Below are positions 1 through 9,024 of a DNA stretch of 64,000 nucleotides, one piece after another. Each line of letters opens with the position of its first letter. The first letter of the stretch is position 1. The stretch comes from Candidatus Spongiisociaceae bacterium. Its GTDB lineage: Bacteria > Actinomycetota > Acidimicrobiia > Spongiisociales > Spongiisociaceae. The DNA lies in assembly GCA_965219685.1 (NCBI GenBank), contig CBDCOH010000002.1, positions 3,904,001-3,968,000 on the forward strand, written 5' to 3'. The position numbers and the translations under genes were made by a program. Under the pieces are notes generated by a model that worked only from the letters and a program-made list of their open reading frames with translations, was not told where the DNA came from and did no database searches.

Positions 1-493
1 GGCCGACCACGACCTCGATGGCGTCGCCCCGGCGCAGGTCGTCGGGGTTCTGCCCGTACCGGGACGGGAGGTACTGGTACACCAGCTTCGAGGAGTGCTC
101 CCTCTCCTCCGGGAGCATTCCCCCGTCCCCGCTGGTGGTCGAGGTTCCCATCGCGCTGGCGCCCCGGCCCAGTGCCTCCTTGGCATTGGCGGACAGCGAG
201 CCGAAGCTCATGCCGGCGATGGTGATGGGGATGGCGATCTCGAGGGGCCGGGTCGCCCGCTCCTCCCCGATGACGAGATCCGTGTCGCACGACTCGCGGT
301 ACCCCTCGAGGGGGTAGCGAGACATGGACGCCCCCAGGAAGACCAGGTCGTCGAGGGTCGGCATCTTGCGCTTGGCGCCCCAGCCCCGGATCCGGTAGAC
401 GCCGGTGTTTGCCGCCCGCTGGATCTCCGCGATCACATGGCGGTCGAACGTGTACGACTCCCGCAGGTGCCAGTTGTCACCGGTCGGGCTCAT
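1..493 (-). CDS. mgsC: FMN-binding glutamate synthase family protein, N-methylglutamate synthase subunit C (3' end beyond window start)
   Basis: Manual translation from ATG 493: MSPTGDNWHLRESYTFDRHVIAEIQRAANTGVYRIRGWGAKRK..SRYPLEGYRE..IPITIAGMSFGSLS..YQYLPSRYG. Its ATG overlaps the upstream TGA (ATGA). Confidence 0.85.
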   Translation of the reverse strand, partial: MSPTGDNWHLRESYTFDRHVIAEIQRAANTGVYRIRGWGAKRKMPTLDDLVFLGASMSRYPLEGYRESCDTDLVIGEERATRPLEIAIPITIAGMSFGSLSANAKEALGRGASAMGTSTTSGDGGMLPEEREHSSKLVYQYLPSRYGQNPDDLRRGDAIEVVVG

Positions 494-1197
494 CCGGCTC
501 TCCGGGCCAATTCGGCGTCGACGTCGTCGATGTGGAAGTTGTAGAGGTTCCGGGCCGATCCGTAGCGCCTGAAATCGTCCGGGTCGGCTTCCATCCCCGC
601 CGCTTCGAGCAGCCCCGCAAGGGTGCGGAGATGCTCGGGCCGCACCTCCTTGCGGATGGCGTCGGCTCCGAGGCTCGCCACCTCTCCCCGCACGTAGATG
701 TCGGCTTCGTACACGGAGTCACCGAGGTCGGCCCCGGCGTCGCCCAGCACCACCAGGTTCCCGGCCTGGGCCATGAAGGCGCTCATGTGGCCCACGTTGC
801 CTCCCACCACGATATCGACGCCCTTCATCGATATGCCGCACCGGGCGCCGGCGTTCCCCTCGATGACGACCAGGCCGCCGTGGCCGGTGGCGCCCGCCGA
901 CATGGTGGCGCTGCCGGTGATGCGCACGGTCCCCGACATGATGTTCTCGGCCAGCCCAGTGCTGGCGTTGCCGTCCACGTACACCGATCCCTCCTGGTGC
1001 ATTCCGGCGCAGTAGTAGCCGACCGAACCGTGGATCTCTACGGCTATTTCGGCGTCGATCCCGCACGCGACCGCATGGGCGCCGAGCGGGTTCAGAACCC
1101 GGAAGGAGCCCTCCCGCGCAAGGTGGAGCATCTGGTTGAGGTCGCGCAGCGATGTCGCCGCCAGGTCGATGGTGGTGACCGGATGCGGTGCGCTCAC
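490..1197 (-). CDS. mgsB: GXGXG-domain protein, N-methylglutamate synthase subunit B (GlxC-like)
   Basis: C-terminal part of ORF 490..2193: IHGSVGYYCAGM..GNAGARCGISMKG..GHMSAFMAQAG. GTG at 1197 overlaps the mgsA stop. Confidence 0.85.
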   Translation of the reverse strand: MSAPHPVTTIDLAATSLRDLNQMLHLAREGSFRVLNPLGAHAVACGIDAEIAVEIHGSVGYYCAGMHQEGSVYVDGNASTGLAENIMSGTVRITGSATMSAGATGHGGLVVIEGNAGARCGISMKGVDIVVGGNVGHMSAFMAQAGNLVVLGDAGADLGDSVYEADIYVRGEVASLGADAIRKEVRPEHLRTLAGLLEAAGMEADPDDFRRYGSARNLYNFHIDDVDAELARRAG

Positions 1198-2093
1198 GCA
1201 GCCCGGGTCCACGTGTAGATTACGCCGGGTTGCGGTTCCCAGATCGTGGCCTGGCCGGAATCGGGGAGGTGGGTGATGGCCCGGTACTCCGAGGACATGG
1301 CCACCCAGTCGTCGGTCTCGGCGACTATCGCCGGCTTGCAGGCGATGGGGTCCCGAAGTATGGCGAAGCCGTCCTCGATCCCGATGGCGAAGGTGAAGAA
1401 CCCGTCGAGCGCCGCCAGGGCGCGCTCGAGCGCCTCCTTGATGCTGTCCCCTTCCCGGAGACGCCAAGCCAGGTAGCCGGCGGCGACCTCCGAGTCGTTC
1501 TCGGTCTGGAATACCTCGCCCTGCCGCTCGAGCCGGGCGCGGAGCCAGTTGTAGTTCGACAGTGAACCGTTGTGGACGAGGCAGGTGTCGGCGCCCGTGG
1601 CGAAGGGGTGGGATCCGTTGGTCGTGACCGCCGACTCGGTCGCCATCCGCGTGTGGGCGAGAGCATGGGTTCCGGTCCTGGAGCGCAGGTCGTAGTTGAT
1701 GGCCACCAGGTCGGGGTCTCCTACCGCCTTGAATATCTCCATCTGGGACCCGTAACTGAGAACATCCACGTCGGGGACGTTGTCGATCAACCATTGGCGG
1801 GCCCGGCTCCCGTCGCCGGCGGTCTCCAGCACTGCGTGATCCCGGACCGGCCGGACCGACACCCCGGCCTCCAGCATGGCTTCGAGGTCCGCGGCAGTCC
1901 GGCCCCAGTCGGGTCGGCGTCCCTCCGCCAGCACCGTGATGCGGGTCATGCCGGATCGGCCCTCGTCGTAGATCGCGAAACCTGCGCTGTCCGGGCCGCG
2001 GTCCCGCATGTCGTGCAGCATGTCGGCGGTGAGTTCTCCCAGCCGCGACTGGAACCGCTCGGTCTTCAGGAAGAGGCCGACGATGCCGCACAT
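1194..2093 (-). CDS. mgsA: Class II glutamine amidotransferase, N-methylglutamate synthase subunit A (GlxB-like)
   Basis: MCGIVG N-terminal Cys, RGPDSAG, HTRMATES, HNGSLSN; operon context. Confidence 0.88.
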   Translation of the reverse strand: MCGIVGLFLKTERFQSRLGELTADMLHDMRDRGPDSAGFAIYDEGRSGMTRITVLAEGRRPDWGRTAADLEAMLEAGVSVRPVRDHAVLETAGDGSRARQWLIDNVPDVDVLSYGSQMEIFKAVGDPDLVAINYDLRSRTGTHALAHTRMATESAVTTNGSHPFATGADTCLVHNGSLSNYNWLRARLERQGEVFQTENDSEVAAGYLAWRLREGDSIKEALERALAALDGFFTFAIGIEDGFAILRDPIACKPAIVAETDDWVAMSSEYRAITHLPDSGQATIWEPQPGVIYTWTRAA

Positions 2094-2124
2094 GCTGCCC
2101 TCCGATCAGGTTGCCCCCGGGCTC

Positions 2125-2143
2125 CGGGGCTAATGTAGCCCCG
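2125..2143. promoter_or_regulatory. Perfect 8-bp inverted repeat in the mgsA/gmaS divergent intergenic region (candidate operator)
   Basis: CGGGGCTA-atg-TAGCCCCG. Confidence 0.35.
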
Positions 2144-2238
2144 AACACTACTAGTGATGACCCGATTCTCAGCGGTCGTCGCCGGGGATCCAAAGCCGCG
2201 GTGCTCGAATGCCGGGAAGCTGCGCGAGGAGGTTATAA

Positions 2239-3597
2239 GTGGGCTCTGTAGAGGAAATCCGGTCCAGGGTCGAAGCGGACGGCGTCGAGTTCATATACGC
2301 CATGTTCGTCGAGATGCACGGCAAGCCGTGCGCCAAGCTGGTGCCCGTCCAGGCGCTCGACGGTCTTATGGCGGACGGCGCCGGGTTCGCCGGTTTCGCA
2401 GCCGGGCCCATGGGCCAGGACCCGTCCAGCCCGGACATCCTGGCGATACCGGATCCCGCCTCCTACACCCAGTTGCCCTGGCAACCGAACGTCGCGGTCA
2501 TGCAGTGCGACCCCACCGTGGAAGGCGAGTTGTGGCCCTACGCCCCCCGGGTCATCCTCCGGACCGCTCTGGAGTCCCTGGCGGAACGTAACCTGGTCCT
2601 GAAGTCCGGCTTCGAGGCCGAGTACTCGTTGGTGGCTCGTGGCGACGACGGCACGATCCGGGTTGCCGACCCGCTCGACACCGATCCGCGACCTTGCTAC
2701 GACGCCCGCCTGCTCACCCGGATGCTGCCCCACCTGACCGAGGTGTCGAAGCACATGAACGCGATGGGTTGGGAGAACTACGCCAACGACCACGAGGACG
2801 CCAACGGCCAGTTCGAGCAGAACTGGAAGTACTCGGACGCCATGACCACCGCCGACCGGCTCATCCTGTTCCGCTTCATGGTCCATACCCTGGCCCAGCG
2901 GGATGGGCGGTTCGCCACGTTCATGCCCAAGCCGTTCGCCGACCGGACCGGGAACGGGCTCCACGCCCACATGAGCCTGTGGACCAAGGACACCGACGAG
3001 CCCCTCTTCCCGGGAGGCGATACCGACAGCAAGGGTCTCGGGCTCAGCGAACTCGCCTACCAGTTCACCGCCGGTCTCCTGGCCCACGCCGAGTCGCTGG
3101 TGGCGGTGGCGTGCCCGATCGTCAACTCGTACAAGCGGATGGGGGTCGGGGCGCCCACCTCCGGCGCCACCTGGGCGCCCGCCTACGCGGCCTACGGGGG
3201 CAACAACCGCACCCACATGATCCGGGTGCCCGAGCCGGACCGCATCGAGATCCGGCTGCCCGACGGCGCCGCCAACCCCTACCTGCTGTTCGCCGCCATC
3301 CTGGCCTGCGGGCTCGACGGCATCGACAACGGGATGGACCCGGGCGATCCGAACACCGACAACCTGTTCACCCTCTCCAGCGACGAGGTAGCCGCCCGCG
3401 GGATCGCGACCCTGCCCCCCACCCTGCTGCATGCGGCCGACAACCTGGCCGACAGCGAGGTGCTGCGCGCCGGGCTGGGGATGACGCCCGACGGCCCCTA
3501 CAGCGACTATTTCGCGGAGGTCAAGCGGCAGGAGTTCCTAGCCCACCATCACCAGGTGACCCGCTCCGAGGTGGACCAGTACCTCACGCTCTTCTGA
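2239..3597 (+). CDS. gmaS: GlnT-type glutamine synthetase-like protein, probable gamma-glutamylmethylamide synthetase
   Basis: AGFAGFA, DHEDANGQFE, TFMPKPF, GNGLHAHMSLW, NSYKR, SGATWAP..NNRTHMIRVP; next to mgsABC; GAGGAGG RBS. Confidence 0.82.
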   Translation: MGSVEEIRSRVEADGVEFIYAMFVEMHGKPCAKLVPVQALDGLMADGAGFAGFAAGPMGQDPSSPDILAIPDPASYTQLPWQPNVAVMQCDPTVEGELWPYAPRVILRTALESLAERNLVLKSGFEAEYSLVARGDDGTIRVADPLDTDPRPCYDARLLTRMLPHLTEVSKHMNAMGWENYANDHEDANGQFEQNWKYSDAMTTADRLILFRFMVHTLAQRDGRFATFMPKPFADRTGNGLHAHMSLWTKDTDEPLFPGGDTDSKGLGLSELAYQFTAGLLAHAESLVAVACPIVNSYKRMGVGAPTSGATWAPAYAAYGGNNRTHMIRVPEPDRIEIRLPDGAANPYLLFAAILACGLDGIDNGMDPGDPNTDNLFTLSSDEVAARGIATLPPTLLHAADNLADSEVLRAGLGMTPDGPYSDYFAEVKRQEFLAHHHQVTRSEVDQYLTLF

Positions 3598-3687
3598 GAG
3601 GCTCGGTGCCACCGCCCCCAGGCGTGCCGTCACCCGGGTTCCAACGCATCCGGACACTGCGGTTCCGGGGCGAGGGCTGAGATCCGG

Positions 3688-4164
3688 ATGGCTGCGAGAT
3701 GGTCCGAATTCCGGGAGGCGGAGCCCGGTCTGGCCGCCGCCGTGCAGGAGAGATTCGAGAGCCACCGTCACGCGGTGATGGCGACCCTCCGGCGTGACAG
3801 GGCGCCGCGGCTATCGGGCATGGAGGCTCCTATCCGGGACGGCCACCTGTGGCTGGCGATGGACACCGGTTCGCGCAAGACGGACGATCTCCGGCGAGAC
3901 CCGCGTTTCTCGGTGCACAGCGCTCCCGACGGGGAGGACCTGGCTTCGGGCGATGCCCGCATCGAGGGCCGGGCCATGCCGGCGGTCGACGCGGAGGTGG
4001 CCCTCTTCGTGGAAGGCCATAGGTTTCCCATCGACGATCCCTCGACCATGGCGGTGTTCACCGCGGACATCACCCGCGCAGTTCTCGCCCGTGTGGAGGA
4101 CCGGTTCCTAGTGGTGACCGCATGGACGCCAAGCGGTGGACTGGTGACAACCCGCCTGCCCTGA
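3688..4164 (+). CDS. Pyridoxamine 5'-phosphate oxidase-like (FMN/F420-binding split barrel) protein
   Basis: MATLRRDRAPRLSG..SRKTDDLRRDPRFSVHS pattern. Confidence 0.8.
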   Translation: MAARWSEFREAEPGLAAAVQERFESHRHAVMATLRRDRAPRLSGMEAPIRDGHLWLAMDTGSRKTDDLRRDPRFSVHSAPDGEDLASGDARIEGRAMPAVDAEVALFVEGHRFPIDDPSTMAVFTADITRAVLARVEDRFLVVTAWTPSGGLVTTRLP

Positions 4165-4283
4165 CCTCTCAGGTGAGGCCGAATGCACCGCCGCCACTTC
4201 ACAGACGGACCGCTAGGTGTCCTGACTCCCGGATTCGTTATCGACTCTCGGAACGTACCGACCACCGCAGCGGGCAGCCCCCG

Positions 4284-4349
4284 GGGACCCGAGAACGCGA
4301 AAAACGCCCGGCCGGACCCTCCCGGGACCCGAGAACGCGAAAAACGCCC
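4284..4349. repeat. 26-bp direct repeat, 2 copies, 40-bp period
   Basis: GGGACCCGAGAACGCGAAAAACGCCC at 4284-4309 and 4324-4349. Confidence 0.9.
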
Positions 4350-4538
4350 CCGGAGGGTGGATCCATCCGTCGGGCCCACCCCCAACCGCCACCTCCGCAG
4401 TCTACGAACGCGTCCTGCCATCCCCGCAAGGGTCGGCTCCCACATGATCCCCGCCCCGGCCCGATCGGTACCGCAAACGGACCGGTGGTGCTTGCGGCTA
4501 CCTACCAGTATGCAACGGGGGTGTGACACGTCTCTGGC

Positions 4539-4627
4539 CCGTTGTCCGTTGTCCGTTGTCCGTTGTCCGCTGTTGGTTCTCCGTCGTCCGTCGTGCCGGT
4601 TGCGGTAGCAGCGGTCAACGGACAACC
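4539..4627. repeat. (CCGTTGT)n heptamer array with a downstream inverted arm (CAACGGACAAC)
   Basis: About 4 perfect plus degenerate units at 4539-4595; reverse-complement arm near 4616-4626. Confidence 0.8.
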
Positions 4628-4689
4628 CCCTCGTTACGAATTGCCCGGTACCGCGGCCCGCTATCACAGCGAACCGAAGACTCGGACCG

Positions 4690-4905
4690 CTAGCGCCGGT
4701 CTCTCTCCATCACGTGGATCGTCCCGACAGCGGCTTCGTCGATATCCAACACGAGAGCGATGAGGTTCCTCGCCATTCCTTCGACTTCCTCGAATGTCCC
4801 GGCCTGTGTGTGGTTGGCATCCAGCCCGACCACCCTTGCCACCCACCAATCGCCTTCCTGGAATGTCTCGACGCGACAGTTGACTGTGGTGGCGACAGAT
4901 GTCAT
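4690..4905 (-). CDS. Orphan HicB-like antitoxin
   Basis: EGDWWVARV..HTQAGTFEEVEGMARNLIAL; no HicA adjacent. Confidence 0.65.
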   Translation of the reverse strand: MTSVATTVNCRVETFQEGDWWVARVVGLDANHTQAGTFEEVEGMARNLIALVLDIDEAAVGTIHVMERDRR

Positions 4906-4923
4906 TGCACCGCCTTCCTTGCC

Positions 4924-5811
4924 TTACCCGGCACCCAACTCGTGGTCGGCGAGCAGTTCGTAGGCCCGCACCAGCGCGGAATGGTCCAATGAGGCCCCAC
5001 CCCGGGCGGCACAGGCGTTCATCAGATCCCGGCAGATGGAGGTCATGGGCGCCGCAATCCCCAGTTGCCCCGCCTCGGCGAGTGCCAGGCCCAGATCCTT
5101 CTGGTGCAGTTCGATTCGGCCCCCCGGCTCGAATGACCGGTCGATCATCCGCTGGCCGTGCACCTCCAGGATCCGGGAGGATGCGAAGCCGCCCAGCAGC
5201 GCGCGCCTGACCCGTACCGGATCCAAGCCGGCTTTCGACGCCAGTACCAGCGCCTCGCTCACCGCGGCGATGTTGATCCCGACGATCATCTGGTTGGCGA
5301 CCTTGCATGTCTGGCCGGCTCCGGTTCCGCCGACGAGCGTGACGGTCTCGCCCATTACCTCAAGCAGAGGTCTGACCCTCTCGAAGGCTTCCGGCGTCCC
5401 ACCCACCATGATGGACAGGGTGCCGTCCCGGGCGCCCATGTCGCCACCTGACACGGGTGCGTCCAGGTACTCGCAACCCAGGTTCCGGATCCGTTCGGCT
5501 AACACCTTGGTGGCGGACGGGGAGATCGAACTCATGTCCACGACTATGTCCCCGGCGCTCAGTCCGGCTGCTACGCCCCGGTCCCGGAAGAGGGCGTCTT
5601 CGACCGCGGCGGTGTCGGGCACCATCGTGAACACCACCTCGGAGGCTCGGGCCACGTCCATGGAAGAATCCTTGAGGACGGCTCCCGAATCCAGGAGGTC
5701 CTGGGGTGCTTCCGACCGGTGGCTGGCGATGAAGAGGCGGTTCCCGGCCGCCAGTAGGCGTCGAGCCATCGGCCGCCCCATGATCCCCGTTCCGATGAAC
5801 CCGACTCTCAT
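4924..5811 (-). CDS. glxR: 2-hydroxy-3-oxopropionate (tartronate semialdehyde) reductase family
   Basis: GFIGTGIMG, DAPVSGGD, GAGQTCKVANQ, GGFASSRILEVHGQRMI, LHQKDL; start taken at MRVGFIG. Confidence 0.85.
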   Translation of the reverse strand: MRVGFIGTGIMGRPMARRLLAAGNRLFIASHRSEAPQDLLDSGAVLKDSSMDVARASEVVFTMVPDTAAVEDALFRDRGVAAGLSAGDIVVDMSSISPSATKVLAERIRNLGCEYLDAPVSGGDMGARDGTLSIMVGGTPEAFERVRPLLEVMGETVTLVGGTGAGQTCKVANQMIVGINIAAVSEALVLASKAGLDPVRVRRALLGGFASSRILEVHGQRMIDRSFEPGGRIELHQKDLGLALAEAGQLGIAAPMTSICRDLMNACAARGGASLDHSALVRAYELLADHELGAG

Positions 5812-6029
5812 CCCTGCCCCTCGTTTGATCTTTGGCGGCTGAGCAGATCCTTCGTGACGGGAGCGGCACCGCGAATCTTGGTGGCACGCGCTCCAACCCA
5901 AGCGGCCGACGTACTCACGTGAAGACCTCTCGCCAGGTAGCGAACAGTAACCGGACCGGCCACGCTGTCACCGGCTCCCTCGGCGGTAAGATCGTCCGGC
6001 ACCGGGAACCGACGACCTAAGGATGCGAG

Positions 6030-6869
6030 ATGGCACTGCCCAGTATCAGCGAGTTAGTGAGCCTCGACGGGAAGTGCGCCATCGTCACGGGGGCCGCCCA
6101 GGGCTTCGGTGCAGCCATCTCCCGGCGTCTCGGGGAAGCGGGCGCGATAGTCTTCGTGGCCGACCGCAACGTCGAGGGTGCCGAGCAGTCGGCTGAGCGG
6201 TTGAGAGGTCTCGGGTGCGACGCCGTCGCGCACTGCGTCGACATAGCTGACAGGGACAGGATCGACGCGCTGGTCGATACCGCGGTGAGGCGGACCGGCC
6301 GGGTGGACATCCTGGTGAACAACGCCGGCATCTACTCGAACTACTACTTCGCCAATATGCCCCCGGAGGAGTTCGCCGACACGGTCTCGGTCAACGTGGT
6401 CGGCACCTTCCAGATGGCCCAGGCGGTGACGCAGCGGATGATCGCAGACGGCCAGGGCGGATCCATCGTCAACATCGCCTCCGTGGACACGTTCAACACC
6501 TCTGCGGAGGGTCTGGCTCATTACACGACCTCGAAACACGCCATCGGGGGTATGACCAAGTCGATGGCGATCGAACTCGCGGCCCACGGCATCCGGGTGA
6601 ACGCGGTGTGTCCGGGAGCAGCTATGACGGAGGGCGCCATCGCTCTGGTCACGGCGGGCGCCCCGGAGGGGATCGACGTGGAGGCGCAGTGGGACGGCAT
6701 CAAGGAGAGGACGCCGCTCCGCCGCCTCTGCGACCCGGACGACGTGGCGAGGGCCGTGCTGTTCCTCGCCTCCGACATGGCCGCCTTCGTCACCGGAGCC
6801 TTCCTGGTCGTCGACGGCGGCATCCTTGTCCAGCCACTCGAAGGCTACGTACCCCCGGCCGGTCACTGA
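6030..6869 (+). CDS. Short-chain dehydrogenase/reductase
   Basis: TGAAQGFG, NNAG, YTTSK. Confidence 0.92.
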   Translation: MALPSISELVSLDGKCAIVTGAAQGFGAAISRRLGEAGAIVFVADRNVEGAEQSAERLRGLGCDAVAHCVDIADRDRIDALVDTAVRRTGRVDILVNNAGIYSNYYFANMPPEEFADTVSVNVVGTFQMAQAVTQRMIADGQGGSIVNIASVDTFNTSAEGLAHYTTSKHAIGGMTKSMAIELAAHGIRVNAVCPGAAMTEGAIALVTAGAPEGIDVEAQWDGIKERTPLRRLCDPDDVARAVLFLASDMAAFVTGAFLVVDGGILVQPLEGYVPPAGH

Positions 6870-6934
6870 CCGGAGAAGCCTGTTCGCGCAGTGACCCGGC
6901 ACCCGGCAACTAGCCGACCGATGGAGGGCCGTCG

Positions 6935-8257
6935 GTGAATAGGAAGATCGTCGGTGTCGAGACCTTCGACATCAGGTTCCCCACCTCTCTCGAACTCGAC
7001 GGGTCGGATGCGGTCCATACCGATCCTGACTACTCGGCCGCCTACGTGATACTCCGGACCGATGCCGGCGACGGCGTAGAGGGTCACGGGTTCTGCTTCA
7101 CACTCGGCAGAGGAAACGAGATAGAGGTCGCTGCGCTCGACGCGCTCCTCCCGTCAGTGATCGGCCTTGATCTGGACGGCATTGAAGGTGACCCCCGGGG
7201 CTTCTCCCGGCTGCTCACCCAGGACTCGCAGGCGCGCTGGTTGGGTCCCGAGAAGGGCGTGGTCCACATGGCCTCAGCGGCGATTATCAACGCCGCGTGG
7301 GATCTCATCAGCAAAGCGGCGGGTAAACCACTCTGGAAGTACCTGGCCGATCTCCCGCCTGAGGACCTGGCGGCGATCGTCGACTACCAGTACCTGTCGG
7401 ACGCGCTGACCGAGGACGAGGCGGTCGAGATGCTGCGGCGCAGGGAGTCGGGCAAGTCATCGAGAGAGCGCCGGTTGCTGGAGCGCGGGTTCCCCGCCTA
7501 CGCAACGAGTCCCGGCTGGCTGGGCTACTCGGATGACAAGCTGGTGCGGCTCTGCCGGGAGGCGGTTGACGACGGCTTCTCGCTCATCAAGCTCAAGGTC
7601 GGCGGGTCCGTGGTGGACGACCAGCGCCGTCTGGCCCTTGCTCGGCAAGCCGTCGGGCCCGACGTGCTGATAGCTGTCGACGCTAACCAGAAGTGGGATG
7701 TGGGGGAGGCCATCCGGTGGATGGCCGAGTTGGCGTCTCACTCGCCCTACTGGATCGAAGAGCCGACCAGCCCCGACGACGTCCTCGGCCACGCCGCCAT
7801 CCGGAGGGCGGTCGCGCCCATCAAAGTCGCCACGGGTGAGGCGGTCCAGAACCGGGTCATGTTCAAGCAGTTCCTCCAAGCCGGAGCGATCGACATCATG
7901 CAGATCGATGCCACCAGGGTGGGTGGTGTGAACGAGAACATCGCCAACCTCCTGCTGGCCGCCAAGTTCGGGGTTCCGGTGGTTCCCCACGCGGGCGGGG
8001 TCGGGCTGTGCGAACTGGTCCAGCACCTGGCGATGCTCGACTTCGTGGCGATCGGAGGCGAGATGGACGGGCGATCCATCGAGTTCGTCGACCACCTGCA
8101 CGAACACTTCGTCGATCCGGTGGTCGTCGTAGATGGTCACTACATGGCACCCCGAAGACCGGGGTTCAGCGCTGAGATCAGGCCCGCCTCGCGTGCGGAG
8201 TTCCGCTACCCGGCCGGGCCGGTGTGGCGCCGGGCAACCCGTCGGGATCGATCGTAG
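6935..8257 (+). CDS. fucD: L-fuconate dehydratase (enolase superfamily, FucD/ENOSF1-like)
   Basis: [77 protein letters not shown]. Confidence 0.88.
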   Translation: MNRKIVGVETFDIRFPTSLELDGSDAVHTDPDYSAAYVILRTDAGDGVEGHGFCFTLGRGNEIEVAALDALLPSVIGLDLDGIEGDPRGFSRLLTQDSQARWLGPEKGVVHMASAAIINAAWDLISKAAGKPLWKYLADLPPEDLAAIVDYQYLSDALTEDEAVEMLRRRESGKSSRERRLLERGFPAYATSPGWLGYSDDKLVRLCREAVDDGFSLIKLKVGGSVVDDQRRLALARQAVGPDVLIAVDANQKWDVGEAIRWMAELASHSPYWIEEPTSPDDVLGHAAIRRAVAPIKVATGEAVQNRVMFKQFLQAGAIDIMQIDATRVGGVNENIANLLLAAKFGVPVVPHAGGVGLCELVQHLAMLDFVAIGGEMDGRSIEFVDHLHEHFVDPVVVVDGHYMAPRRPGFSAEIRPASRAEFRYPAGPVWRRATRRDRS

Positions 8258-8483
8258 GCGTGAAGTAGGCGGGCCGGCAAGAGTCGGAAGGGGGCTGGTC
8301 GTGGGGAGACGGCGACGAGGTCGACGGGTTCACCGGCTCGAATCCGGCCGCTGCCAGGGTTCGGAGGAAGGGGAACCGACCCGCGTTGTAGAGGTGGCGG
8401 ATACGCCGACCGAGGGTCGTTGGTAGTGATGTGCGCCCTGGGTAGCCTCGGGTACGTTAGGAGCCTCCTCAGAAAGGGCAGCA

Positions 8484-8888
8484 ATGCAAAGTAACTTGAT
8501 CAGGGGTGTCATCCCTGGCGTGATGGCCGGCTATCTCTTCCTCGCCTACACCGGGCCGGGTATGCAGGACATGGTCGGCGGCATGATCGACGCCAACGAC
8601 TTCGTAGGCTTCATTCTGCATGTCGTGTTCAGCGCCATAATAGGCGCCCTCTACACGGCCTTCTTCGCTCCGAACGTGAAACTCGGCAATCCCCTGGTGA
8701 CCATCGTGGTAGGCGGTCTGATCTACGGCATCATCTGGTGGGTCGTGGGCGGCAATCTCATCATGCCGCTCATCGCCGGTGGCGACGTGTTCCAGTTCGG
8801 ACTCGGGGCTAGCTTCTACGGTCACATAGTCTTCGGGCACGCTCTTGCGTTCCTCGTGATCCTGCGCGACATGGCGCTGAGCAAGTAG
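8484..8888 (+). CDS. Small multi-pass membrane protein of unknown function
   Basis: About 4 hydrophobic segments with intramembrane His (FILHVVFS, FYGHIVFG); GAAAGGG RBS. Confidence 0.7.
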   Translation: MQSNLIRGVIPGVMAGYLFLAYTGPGMQDMVGGMIDANDFVGFILHVVFSAIIGALYTAFFAPNVKLGNPLVTIVVGGLIYGIIWWVVGGNLIMPLIAGGDVFQFGLGASFYGHIVFGHALAFLVILRDMALSK

Positions 8889-9024
8889 AGAGGACCAGCA
8901 AGCCCCTACAAGCGTGTCGGGCTAGCGGGGTGAGCCCCGAGGAGGGTGGGTGTTTAATCCCCGGGCCGCTTCTCGCCCCCGTTCCAGGTCACCCTTCTAG
9001 CCCGTTACTCAGAGCCCGCTGCGG

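Noticed and set aside
4284-4349. 26-bp repeat pair as a mini-CRISPR
   Set aside because: Only two copies with a 14-bp gap; no cas genes.
8275-8360. tRNA-like T-arm (CCGG-CTCGAAT-CCGG..GCCA)
   Set aside because: Loop is not TTCG, and no acceptor stem, D arm or anticodon arm can be paired.
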